A stretch of 64,000 nt of DNA. It comes from an uncultured Sandarakinorhabdus sp. (GTDB lineage: Bacteria > Pseudomonadota > Alphaproteobacteria > Sphingomonadales > Sphingomonadaceae). This document shows, piece by piece, positions 30,709-39,720 of the stretch. The notes below the pieces were generated by a model that made no database searches, was not told where the DNA came from, and saw nothing but the letters and a program-made list of their open reading frames with translations. How positions within the stretch are numbered: the stretch's first letter is position 1; each line of letters starts with the position of its first letter. The translations under genes and the position numbers were made by a program. The stretch lies in contig CAZHTW010000001.1 in the NCBI GenBank assembly GCA_964535865.1, positions 4,599-68,598 of the forward strand. Reading direction: 5' to 3'.

Positions 30709-31322
30709 CCATCGACGAGATCATGGGCCTGGCCCCAGTCATACCGGTGCTGGTGGTGGATGATGTCGCCCACGCCGTCCCGTTGGCGCAGGCGCTGGTG
30801 GCCGGCGGCCTGCCGGTGCTGGAGGTGACGCTGCGCACGGCAGCAGCACTCGACGTGATCCGCGCCATGGCCAGCGTCCCGGGCGCCGTGGTGGGTGCCG
30901 GCACCGTGCTGTCGCCTCAGGATCTGGCGCTTGCCGCCGATGCCGGCGCGCGCTTCATTGTCTCGCCCGGCCTGTCTGAACCCCTGGGCGCGGCGGCCCG
31001 CGCCAGCGGCCTGCCGTTCCTGCCCGGTGTCGCCACCGCCAGCGACATCATCCGCGCGCTGGATCAGGGCTTCAACCGCCTGAAATTCTTCCCTGCCACC
31101 GCCAACGGCGGCCTGCCCGCGTTGAAAGCCATGGCATCGGTGTTCGGGCAGGTGCGTTTCTGTCCCACCGGCGGCATCACCGAAGCCAGCGCCCCCGATT
31201 GGCTGGCAGAGCCGGCCGTGGCCTGCGTGGGTGGCAGCTGGATCGCCAAGCGCGGGGAAATGGATTGGGCCACCATCACCGCCCGCGCCCGGGCGGCCGC
31301 GGCGCTCAAGCCGGCGGCCTGA
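30705..31322 (+). CDS. eda: KDPG/KHG aldolase
   Basis: [31 protein letters not shown]. Confidence 0.98.
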   Translation: MTIDEIMGLAPVIPVLVVDDVAHAVPLAQALVAGGLPVLEVTLRTAAALDVIRAMASVPGAVVGAGTVLSPQDLALAADAGARFIVSPGLSEPLGAAARASGLPFLPGVATASDIIRALDQGFNRLKFFPATANGGLPALKAMASVFGQVRFCPTGGITEASAPDWLAEPAVACVGGSWIAKRGEMDWATITARARAAAALKPAA

Positions 31323-32763
31323 TCCGAGAGCACCACACCCCGGCCAGCAGCAGCGCCGGCACCGCCAGTGCCGCCAGAGTCCACAGGCTGCCGGCCAGCA
31401 ACAGCCGCGTGGCCAACGCCAGGCAGCCCAGCACGAGAAATTCGCCCAGCGCCATCAATAGCGAGGATCGATAGCGTTCGCGAAAGGCGCTGCGCCTGGC
31501 TGGCGGGCGGGTCCACAATTGCATGGCAGCCGTGGCCAGGCCGGCAGCCAGCGCCATCGGCAGCATCAGGGCGGCGGCCAAAGGCGCTCGCACCACCACC
31601 AGCGCCGCCAGGGCCAGCACCAGCAGCAACGGCGGCACCAACGCCGCGCCCAGCTTGGCGATCAGCACCTGCCGCGCCGGCAACGGCGCACTGGCGATCA
31701 GATCGGGTGCGTCTTCGGCAGCGATCACCAGCCAGGCCAGCGACGACGCCAGCGCCCCGCCCACAAACACACCAGCCGCCGCCAGCCGCTGCGCCGTAAC
31801 CTGCCCGCCGGTGAACAGCAGGGCCACCACCGGCACCATGAACACCAGTTGCTGGCCAATCTGGGCCACCAGTTCGGGATCGCGCGCCAGCAACCGCCAT
31901 TCTTTCCTGAACATCACCACCAGCGGGCTGCCGCCGAACCGCGCCGTCCCGCCCTGCTGCTCAGCCACCGGGGCCGGGGCCGCCTCCAACCGGCTGGCCG
32001 CCAGCCCGGCTGCAACACGGACCGCCAGAACGGCCAGCGCCAGCAGCAGCAGCAGTGGCACGCCATCGCCAAACAGCGCCCGCGCCGGTACATCCAGCGG
32101 CCACGGCGGCGGCTGTTCCAGCGCGGCGAGCCGCGCGGCAAACCAGCCCGGCGCGAAATTCGGCGCCTGACCCAGCACAAACATGCCGGCGCCCAGCAGC
32201 ACGCCGGTGAGTTGCGCTGCCAGCCGCGCCCGTGCCGGTCCCAGCACGCGATCAAGCCCGGCCGCGATGATCAGCGCAGCCGCAGTGGCCAGCACGGCAA
32301 TCGCCGCCACCACCAAGGGCCCGGCCAGCCAGCGCCAATGGCCCAGCAGCGCCGACGTGACGAAGAACGGCGCGGTGAGCATCACAAAGGGCAACGCCAC
32401 CAACGCCTGGATGCTGGCGATGCGGGCGGTGATGGCGCGGGCCGCCGGGATGGGCGCCGTGAGCAGCAGCTCCAGTTCCGCCCGGTCACGGCCCATGCGC
32501 AGCACATGGGCATAGGCGGAACTGAGCATCACCAGGCCCATGCCGGCCAGCACGGCAGCGATCTGGCCCAACGCCGCCACCGGCAGCATCGGCGCACCGC
32601 GATGGCGCAAGGCAAGGAACACCCCGCCCACCAGCGGCAGGATGGCCAGCACGATGATCAGCACCAGCCGCGCCCGCTGTCCGGCCTGCCCGCGCGCCTT
32701 GAGGCGGACATCGTGGAACACCAGCCACGGCAGACTGGCAGCCGGCAGCAGGCCGCCGCTCAT
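31306..32763 (-). CDS. Putative ABC exporter permease
   Basis: Many TM helices, LELLLTAP and KEWRLLARDP motifs; ATGA-coupled to the ABC ATPase. Confidence 0.8.
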   Translation of the reverse strand: MSGGLLPAASLPWLVFHDVRLKARGQAGQRARLVLIIVLAILPLVGGVFLALRHRGAPMLPVAALGQIAAVLAGMGLVMLSSAYAHVLRMGRDRAELELLLTAPIPAARAITARIASIQALVALPFVMLTAPFFVTSALLGHWRWLAGPLVVAAIAVLATAAALIIAAGLDRVLGPARARLAAQLTGVLLGAGMFVLGQAPNFAPGWFAARLAALEQPPPWPLDVPARALFGDGVPLLLLLALAVLAVRVAAGLAASRLEAAPAPVAEQQGGTARFGGSPLVVMFRKEWRLLARDPELVAQIGQQLVFMVPVVALLFTGGQVTAQRLAAAGVFVGGALASSLAWLVIAAEDAPDLIASAPLPARQVLIAKLGAALVPPLLLVLALAALVVVRAPLAAALMLPMALAAGLATAAMQLWTRPPARRSAFRERYRSSLLMALGEFLVLGCLALATRLLLAGSLWTLAALAVPALLLAGVWCSRIRPPA

Positions 32764-33509
32764 GCCGCTGCCAGCGCCAGAAACACGTCTTCCAAAGTGC
32801 TGCCTTCGCCATGCCCGGCAGCCAGTTCGGCCATGGTGCCTTGCGCCACCAGCCGACCGGTGCGGATGATGCCCATGCGGCTGGCCATGCGTTCGGCCAC
32901 TTCCAAAATGTGGGTGGTGATGATCACCGTGGCCCCGGCGGCGACGATCTCGATCAGCATGTCCTTCACCACCCGCGCCGAGGCGGCATCCAGCCCGGTG
33001 AGCGGCTCATCAAGGATCAGCAGGCGCGGGGCGTGGATCAACGCCCCGGCCAGCGCCAGTTTCTGCTTCATGCCACGCGAAAATCCCTCACAGCGGGCGT
33101 CGCGCTTGTCAGCCAGGCCCAGCCGGGCCAGCAATTGTTCCGCCCGCTGCGATGCCACATCGGCCGGCACCCGCCACAGGCCAGCGATGAACGCGAGATA
33201 CTCCGTCGCGGTCAACTTGTCATACAACAGCGGCTCATCGGGCAGCCAGGCCAGCATCTGCTTGGCGGCGATCGGATCAGCCAGCGCATCGACGCCAAAC
33301 ACGTGGATGCTGCCAGCATCGGGCCGCGCCAGCCCGGTGACCATGCGCAGCGTGGTTGTCTTGCCGGCACCATTGGGGCCGAGCAGCGCATAAATCTCAC
33401 CCGCAGCCACCGCCAGGTCCAGCCCGTCCACCGCCGCCACGCCGGCAAAGGCCTTGAACAGGCCTTTCACCTCCAGCGCAGGAGTATCAACCGGCAGATT
33501 CGCGTGCAT
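32760..33509 (-). CDS. ABC transporter ATP-binding protein
   Basis: GPNGAGKTT, FSRGMKQK, LILDEP, TTH. Confidence 0.95.
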   Translation of the reverse strand: MHANLPVDTPALEVKGLFKAFAGVAAVDGLDLAVAAGEIYALLGPNGAGKTTTLRMVTGLARPDAGSIHVFGVDALADPIAAKQMLAWLPDEPLLYDKLTATEYLAFIAGLWRVPADVASQRAEQLLARLGLADKRDARCEGFSRGMKQKLALAGALIHAPRLLILDEPLTGLDAASARVVKDMLIEIVAAGATVIITTHILEVAERMASRMGIIRTGRLVAQGTMAELAAGHGEGSTLEDVFLALAAA

Positions 33510-33641
33510 GACGTGCACGTTAACAAAGCCGGCTGCGTCTGGCGATGAACGGCCATTAACCCGTTTTTCGGGGCACGCAATTTGGGGGGTTGAGCGAAGC
33601 GACTTCCCGGTGGAAGCTGCGGCACAATGATGCTGGGGAGA

Positions 33642-34880
33642 ATGAAGATGACACGCAGGCTTCTGCCGGTTTCGGCGCTGGTGCTGGCCATGGCCACCGG
33701 GGCCAGCCACGCCAAGATGATCCATGTCGGCCCTGGCGGCAACGCCCAGGAAAAGTTGCAGACCGCCTTCATCGAAGCCGCACCCGGTGACACGATCCAC
33801 ATCGCCGCCGGTCGCTACAGCCTCGCCGACGGCCTGTCGCTGGATGTGGACAATGTCACCATCAAGGGCGACGGGCCGGGGGCGACCATATTGGATTTCA
33901 CCGCGCAAAAGGGCTCGGGCGAAGGGGTGCTGATCACATCGGATGCGGTGGTGGTCCGCGATCTGGCCGTGCAGAACCCGGCTGGCAATGGCATCAAATC
34001 CAAGGGCAGCGACGGCATCGCGCTGGTCAACATACTGGTGGAATGGACCGGCGGGCCGAAATCCACCAACGGCGCTTATGGGCTTTATCCGGTCAGCTCC
34101 AAGAATGTGCTGATCGATCGCAGCATCGTGAAGGGCGCGTCGGACGCCGGGATCTATGTCGGCCAGTCGCAGAACATCATCGTGCGGAACAGCCGCGCCG
34201 AAATGAACGTGGCGGGCATCGAGATCGAGAACAGCTATGATGCCGACGTGATCGGCAACACCGCCACCAACAATGCCGGCGGGATCCTGGTGTTCGATCT
34301 GCCCGATCTGCCGCAACAGGGCGGCCGCAATGTGCGCATCACCGGCAATCAGGTGCTGGCCAACAACCATGTGAACTTTGCCGCGCCCGGCAATATCGTG
34401 GCGGGCGTGCCATCGGGCACCGGCATCATGGTGATGGCCAACGAACAGGTGCTGGTGAGTGGCAATCATGTCATGGGTAACAACGGCAATGGCGTGATGA
34501 TCGTGGCCTACACACAAGCCTTTGCCGACAAAGCCTATAACCCGCTGCCGCGTGGCGTTACCGTGGCCGGCAATCATTTCATGACCAATGGCACCGCCCC
34601 AGCCTTCCCCGGCGGCAAGGCGATCGCCGCCGCGATGGGCGGCACGCTGCCACCGGTTATGTGGGACGGGATCACCCGCTATGCCGTGCCGGGCGGCGGG
34701 CCGGAGCGCACCGCCAATGGCGGCATCCAAAGCGATGCGCCAGGGATCACGCTCAACCTTGGCGTGCAAGGCACTCCGTCCAGCGCGGCCAAACCCGCGC
34801 CATTGCCGCTGTTCACGATCCCCCTGGCTCCCCGCGCCGCCATCGTGCTGCCGGCAGCGCTGGAGGCGCGGGCCAAGTGA
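33642..34880 (+). CDS. Secreted parallel beta-helix repeat protein
   Basis: Signal peptide, GAYGLYPV, GASDAGIYVGQS, NVAGIEIENS beta-helix repeats. Confidence 0.88.
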   Translation: MKMTRRLLPVSALVLAMATGASHAKMIHVGPGGNAQEKLQTAFIEAAPGDTIHIAAGRYSLADGLSLDVDNVTIKGDGPGATILDFTAQKGSGEGVLITSDAVVVRDLAVQNPAGNGIKSKGSDGIALVNILVEWTGGPKSTNGAYGLYPVSSKNVLIDRSIVKGASDAGIYVGQSQNIIVRNSRAEMNVAGIEIENSYDADVIGNTATNNAGGILVFDLPDLPQQGGRNVRITGNQVLANNHVNFAAPGNIVAGVPSGTGIMVMANEQVLVSGNHVMGNNGNGVMIVAYTQAFADKAYNPLPRGVTVAGNHFMTNGTAPAFPGGKAIAAAMGGTLPPVMWDGITRYAVPGGGPERTANGGIQSDAPGITLNLGVQGTPSSAAKPAPLPLFTIPLAPRAAIVLPAALEARAK

Positions 34881-35920
34881 AGCGCGCGCTGTTGGCGGTT
34901 CTGCTGATCGGTGCTGCGCCGGCGCCACAGGTGAACCGCGATCTGCTGATGGCCAGCGATGCCCCGCGCCTTGCCGATTATGGCCTGTTCGATGCCGCCG
35001 GCCGACCGGCGCCGGGGGTGGTGCCCTATACGCTCAACACCCCGCTGTTTTCCGACGGAGCGGAAAAGGCGCGGTTCGTCTGGCTGCCGCCCGGCCGCCG
35101 CGCCGATTATCGCGCCAGCGGCGCGCTGGCCTTTCCGGTTGGCACGGTGCTGGTGAAACGCTTTGCCTTTCCCGCCGATGCCCGCGCGCCTGGCATCAAT
35201 CTCACCCCCATCGAAACCCGCCTGCTGATCCACCGCCCGGCCGGCTGGGTCGCGCTGTCCTATGTGGAGGAAGACGGGCAGGCCGTGCTGAAACGCGCCG
35301 GCAAGCGCGTCGCCGTTTCGCAGATCGGCGCGGACGGCAAGCCGATGACCATCGATTATGCCGTGCCCAACCAGAATCAGTGCAAGACCTGCCACCAATC
35401 GGGTGAAGCCATCACGCCGATCGGGCCCACCCCCGGCAATCTCAACGATGGCAAGCAACTGCTGCAATGGCAGACCAGCGGCCGGCTCGCCGGGCTGCCG
35501 GTGGCCGGCGTGCCACGCCTGGCGCGCTGGGATGATGCCGCGGAGACATTGGAGGCCCGCGCCCGCGCCTATCTTGCGGTCAATTGCGGCCATTGCCACA
35601 ACCGCGCCGGCTTTGCCTCCAACTCCGGCCTGTGGCTCGATCCCGGTGAGGCAGACCCGGCGCATCTGGGCATCAACAAGCGGCCGGTGGCGGCCGGGCG
35701 CGGATCGGGCGGGTTCAGCTTTTCGATCGCGCCGGGCCAACCCGATCAGTCGATCCTGCTGCACCGCATGCTGTCATCGGAACCCGGCATCATGATGCCA
35801 CAGTTTGGCCGCAGCCTGATTCATGGCGAAGGCGTCGCGCTGATCCGCAACTGGATTGCTGCTATGCCCGGTCCAGCTGGCGCAGGGCCGGCAACAGCAA
35901 CAGCACAGTCAACCCACTGA
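34877..35920 (+). CDS. SO2930-like diheme c-type cytochrome
   Basis: Two CxxCH motifs (CKTCH, CGHCH), Y.LNTPLFSD, FPVGT..KRF, IETRLL, MMP; GTGA-coupled to the beta-helix gene. Confidence 0.85.
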   Translation: MKRALLAVLLIGAAPAPQVNRDLLMASDAPRLADYGLFDAAGRPAPGVVPYTLNTPLFSDGAEKARFVWLPPGRRADYRASGALAFPVGTVLVKRFAFPADARAPGINLTPIETRLLIHRPAGWVALSYVEEDGQAVLKRAGKRVAVSQIGADGKPMTIDYAVPNQNQCKTCHQSGEAITPIGPTPGNLNDGKQLLQWQTSGRLAGLPVAGVPRLARWDDAAETLEARARAYLAVNCGHCHNRAGFASNSGLWLDPGEADPAHLGINKRPVAAGRGSGGFSFSIAPGQPDQSILLHRMLSSEPGIMMPQFGRSLIHGEGVALIRNWIAAMPGPAGAGPATATAQSTH

Positions 35921-37106
35921 GCGCCAGCACCGGCACCGCGCCCAGCCCGGCACCAATGGCCGCCCCGGCCCCCAAAACAGCGCCCACCTGAAACAGACTG
36001 TTGATGATGTTGTTGGCGGCAATGGCGCTGGCGCGCTTTTGCGCCGGCCCCGCCGTTTGCAGCACGCCATAGAGTGGCACCGAAAACACCCCGCCAGCCA
36101 GCGCCAGAACGAACAGATCGGCCAGCACCCGCCATCCGGCAGGATTGGCAAAGAACAGGGCCATATCCTTGGACTCATTGCCCACGGCCGGCACGCTGAA
36201 CCACAGATCGCCGCCGGCCAGCGCCATCACCAGCCCGGCCCCGGCACACAGGCGCGTGCTGATCCGGCCTTTCAGCCAGCGGCCAACCACGATCGATCCC
36301 AGCGCGATGCCCACCGAAAAAGCCGCCAGGAACAAGGTGGCCACCGCTTCGGTGCCACCCATGACATTGCGGGCCATCGGCACGAACTGGCTGGTATAGA
36401 TCGCACCCAGCGCCCAGAACCAGCTGATCGCCAGCGTCGCCACCAGCAGCCGGCGGTTGCCAAAGGCGGTGGCGAGCGCCGCCCGACTCGTGGCAAGCGG
36501 GTTCCAGTTGATCGGCCGGCCCGGCTGTTCGGGCGGCGCCGGCGCAATGGCGCGCGCGGCCAACCAGCCGATGCCGGCCAGCACCAGCGTGATCGGCCCC
36601 ACCGCCGCCGTTGCCAGCAGGCCGCCCGCCACCTGGCCCAACAATATGGCAACAAAGGTCGCTGCCTCAACCAGGCCGGTGCCGGCGATCAGTTCGCCTT
36701 CGCGCAGATGCTGGGGCAGGATGGCATATTTCACCGGCCCGAACAGGGTGGAATGGCAACCCATCAGAAACACCACCGCCAGCGCCAGATTGATCGATCC
36801 CAGCGCCAGTGCCAGCCAGCCCAGCGCCATGAAGCCAATTTCCATCAACTTCACCAGCCGGCAGATCGCCGCCTTGTCACGCCGGTCGGCCAGGCTGCCG
36901 GCCAGGCCCGAGAACAGGAAGAAGGGCGCGATGAACAGGCCGGCGGCCGTGGTGGCCAGCAGGGCGGCTGCCTTGGGATCGGCCGCCGCCAGATCATAGG
37001 CGACGATGAACACCAGCGCGGTGCGGAACAGATTGTCGTTGAACGCACCCAAAAGCTGGGTGACAAACAGGGGGCCAAAGCGCCGCGTGGCAAGAAGCGT
37101 CCACAT
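35862..37106 (-). CDS. MFS transporter, Aas/LplT-like lysophospholipid transporter domain
   Basis: RRF.PLF.TQ.LGAFNDN, FGPVKY.ILP..L, ISWFW, IAANNI.N. Confidence 0.85.
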   Translation of the reverse strand: MWTLLATRRFGPLFVTQLLGAFNDNLFRTALVFIVAYDLAAADPKAAALLATTAAGLFIAPFFLFSGLAGSLADRRDKAAICRLVKLMEIGFMALGWLALALGSINLALAVVFLMGCHSTLFGPVKYAILPQHLREGELIAGTGLVEAATFVAILLGQVAGGLLATAAVGPITLVLAGIGWLAARAIAPAPPEQPGRPINWNPLATSRAALATAFGNRRLLVATLAISWFWALGAIYTSQFVPMARNVMGGTEAVATLFLAAFSVGIALGSIVVGRWLKGRISTRLCAGAGLVMALAGGDLWFSVPAVGNESKDMALFFANPAGWRVLADLFVLALAGGVFSVPLYGVLQTAGPAQKRASAIAANNIINSLFQVGAVLGAGAAIGAGLGAVPVLALSGLTVLLLLPALRQLDRA

Positions 37107-37188
37107 CTGGCATTGGGCATGCCTGTTTGCCTTGCCGCCGTCCAGAGTCGCGGCAAAGAATGTTTTTTGGGTCAGGGAGTTGAAACTG

Positions 37189-37731
37189 GTGCCACGTGGT
37201 CGGCGCAATGATGATTGGGGCTTCCCGCGCTGGCGTGATTACAGCAGCAGCGGGGCGGCAGCCAATGTGCGCCTGTGCGATCGCCATGGCTGCACCAATG
37301 CCGGCAATTGCCCGGCGCCCAAGGCTCCCAACAGCCCGGAACGCTGGTGGTTCTGCCAGGAACATGCTGCCGAATATAATGCCGGCTGGGATTATTTCCG
37401 TGGCCTGACCCCTGAAGAAGCCGCCGCCCGCGAACAATCCGAAGCCGGCCAGCGCGAGTACACAAGGACCAAACATTGGCAATGGGGCCATGAAGGCGAT
37501 GGCAGCCGCAGCCGCGCCGAGCTGGATGCGCTGAAACTGCTGGGGCTGGACACGGATGCCGACATGAAAACCATCCGTGCCGCCTGGCGCAGCGCCGCCA
37601 AGGCCAGCCACCCCGACGTGGCCGGCAATGGTGCGGATGCCGCCGATCGGTTTCGTGCCGTGCAGGCAGCCTGGGACGTGCTGTCGGCCGCCGATGCCGC
37701 CCGCACCGCTGCACGCGAAAGCCAGGCTTGA
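37189..37731 (+). CDS. J-domain protein with N-terminal Cys/His cluster
   Basis: CDRHGC...APK...FCQEH..EYN..W.YF, then a C-terminal J domain with HPD. Confidence 0.88.
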   Translation: MPRGRRNDDWGFPRWRDYSSSGAAANVRLCDRHGCTNAGNCPAPKAPNSPERWWFCQEHAAEYNAGWDYFRGLTPEEAAAREQSEAGQREYTRTKHWQWGHEGDGSRSRAELDALKLLGLDTDADMKTIRAAWRSAAKASHPDVAGNGADAADRFRAVQAAWDVLSAADAARTAARESQA

Positions 37732-37789
37732 CAGTTGCAAAGAAAAGCCGGGATTGCACCCGGTGCCGAAACCCGGCTTGGGGGACAAT

Positions 37790-38998
37790 ATGATGAAACT
37801 GCTGCCCACCCTGTTCACCGCCACCATGCTGGCCTCCGCCGCCGCAGCCGCGCCGTTGGATGGGCAATGGCGCGTCAGCTTTGATGGCCACCCCGGTGGT
37901 CCGTTGCCCTTCACACTGGAGGTGAAGCCGGGCAAGGCCGGTCCGCAGGCCTGGATCATCAACCAGCCCGAACGGCTGAAGGTGGAACAGGTCAGCGTCA
38001 CCGACGACAGCATCACCCTCACCTTCCCCAGTTACAACAGCACGCTGGTGCTCAAGGCCGCCGGCGATGGCAGCCTGGCCGGCACTGCCACCGTGCTGCG
38101 CGCCACCGGCACCGTCACCCTGCCAGCCAAGGCGGTGCGCGGCGCCTGGCGCTTCACGCCGGGCGTGGTGAAGCCTGCCGGCAATGTCACCGGCCGCTGG
38201 AACCTGGCCTATGGTGACGGGCGCACCAAGGGCCTGCTGCTGCTCAAGCAGGTTGGCGCGCAGGTTTCGGGCACGGTGCAGCTGCCATCGGGCGACATGC
38301 GTTATCTGTCGGGTGAACTGAACGGAAGCCAGCTCAAGCTGTCCACCTTCGATGGCAGCTTCACCAATTTGTGGATGGGCACGCTGGCTGGCGACACGCT
38401 GAAAGGTGCCCAGTTCGCCGCGACCAGCCGCCCCACGGGCAATCCGTTCGAGGCGAAGAAGGAAAAGCTGGCCAGCGTCGAAGCCGTGGCAGTGGAAAAG
38501 CCCGGTGGGGAGCGGCTGAACTTCCGGCTGCCCGCGCCCGACGGCACGATGATCAGCCTGTCCGACGCGCGTTACAAGGGCAAGGTGGTGGTGATCTCCA
38601 TCGGCGGGGCCTGGTGCCCCAACTGCCATGACGAAGCGCAATATCTTGGCCCCTATGCCGCGCGCCGGCAGAAGGAGGGCCTGGAAATGATCGGCCTGCA
38701 GTTCGAATATGGCAGCGATCAGGCCCGCGCCATGCGCCAGATCACCAGCTTCAAGAACCGCTACAAGCTGATTTACCCGATGGTCTATGCCGGCCAGCCC
38801 AACGCGGATGACACCAAGAAGGTGCTGGGCGATCTGGCGCCGGTGAAGGTGTGGCCAACCACCATCTTCATCGGCCGCGATGGCCGGGTGAAGGAAGTGC
38901 ATGTTGGCTGGGCCGGCCCGGCCACCGGCGCGCTGAACGTCAAGGTGAAGAAGGAATTTGATGAAACCGTGAGCCGGTTGCTGCGCGAACGGGCCTGA
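37790..38998 (+). CDS. Exported TlpA-family disulfide reductase with long N-terminal beta domain
   Basis: Signal peptide, [16 protein letters not shown]. Confidence 0.87.
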   Translation: MMKLLPTLFTATMLASAAAAAPLDGQWRVSFDGHPGGPLPFTLEVKPGKAGPQAWIINQPERLKVEQVSVTDDSITLTFPSYNSTLVLKAAGDGSLAGTATVLRATGTVTLPAKAVRGAWRFTPGVVKPAGNVTGRWNLAYGDGRTKGLLLLKQVGAQVSGTVQLPSGDMRYLSGELNGSQLKLSTFDGSFTNLWMGTLAGDTLKGAQFAATSRPTGNPFEAKKEKLASVEAVAVEKPGGERLNFRLPAPDGTMISLSDARYKGKVVVISIGGAWCPNCHDEAQYLGPYAARRQKEGLEMIGLQFEYGSDQARAMRQITSFKNRYKLIYPMVYAGQPNADDTKKVLGDLAPVKVWPTTIFIGRDGRVKEVHVGWAGPATGALNVKVKKEFDETVSRLLRERA

Positions 38999-39063
38999 TT
39001 TCATCCACAGCCGACCGGCCGCGCCCCCTACCACCGGCGCGGCGGCGCTGCTACAGACGGACC

Positions 39064-39720
39064 ATGGCTGTCCGCATCGCTCCTTCCATCCTCTCGGCCG
39101 ATTTTGCCCGGCTGGGTGAAGAGGTGCGCGCCATCAGCGCCGCAGGGGCCGATTGGATTCATGTCGATGTGATGGACGGGCACTTCGTGCCCAATCTCAC
39201 CATCGGGCCGATGGTGGTGAAGGCGCTGCGCCCGCACAGCGACCTGCCCTTCGATGTGCATCTGATGATCAGCCCGGCCGATCCCTATCTGGAAGCCTTT
39301 GCCCAGGCCGGTGCCAACATCCTCACCGTCCACCCCGAATCCGGCCCGCACCTGCACCGCACCATTCAGCGCATCAAGGCACTGGGCTGCCAAGCCGGCG
39401 TGTCGCTCAATCCGGCCAGTCCGGTGGAGCTGGTCGAAACCGTGCTGGGCGACATCGATCTGATCCTGGTGATGAGCGTCAACCCCGGCTTTGGCGGGCA
39501 AGGTTTCATCACCAGCCAGTTGAAGAAGATCGAACGCCTGCGCCGCCTGATCGACGACAGCGGCCGCGCCATCCATCTTGAGGTGGACGGCGGGGTGGAC
39601 GCCGGCAATGCCGCTGCGGTGATCGCTGCCGGGGCCGATGTGCTGGTCGCCGGCACGGCCAGCTTCAAGGGTGGCGCCACCTGTTATGCCGCCAATATTG
39701 CCGCCCTGAAGGGCCATTGA
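39064..39720 (+). CDS. rpe: Ribulose-phosphate 3-epimerase
   Basis: [37 protein letters not shown]. Confidence 0.99.
   Translation: MAVRIAPSILSADFARLGEEVRAISAAGADWIHVDVMDGHFVPNLTIGPMVVKALRPHSDLPFDVHLMISPADPYLEAFAQAGANILTVHPESGPHLHRTIQRIKALGCQAGVSLNPASPVELVETVLGDIDLILVMSVNPGFGGQGFITSQLKKIERLRRLIDDSGRAIHLEVDGGVDAGNAAAVIAAGADVLVAGTASFKGGATCYAANIAALKGH

Noticed and set aside
32760-34928. 722-aa ABC ATPase fusion in the ORF track
   Set aside because: The N-terminal 470 aa are the antisense shadow of the beta-helix gene; the real start is near 33509
38612-38630. CPNCH as a heme c attachment site
   Set aside because: It is the WCxxC active site of a TlpA thioredoxin fold
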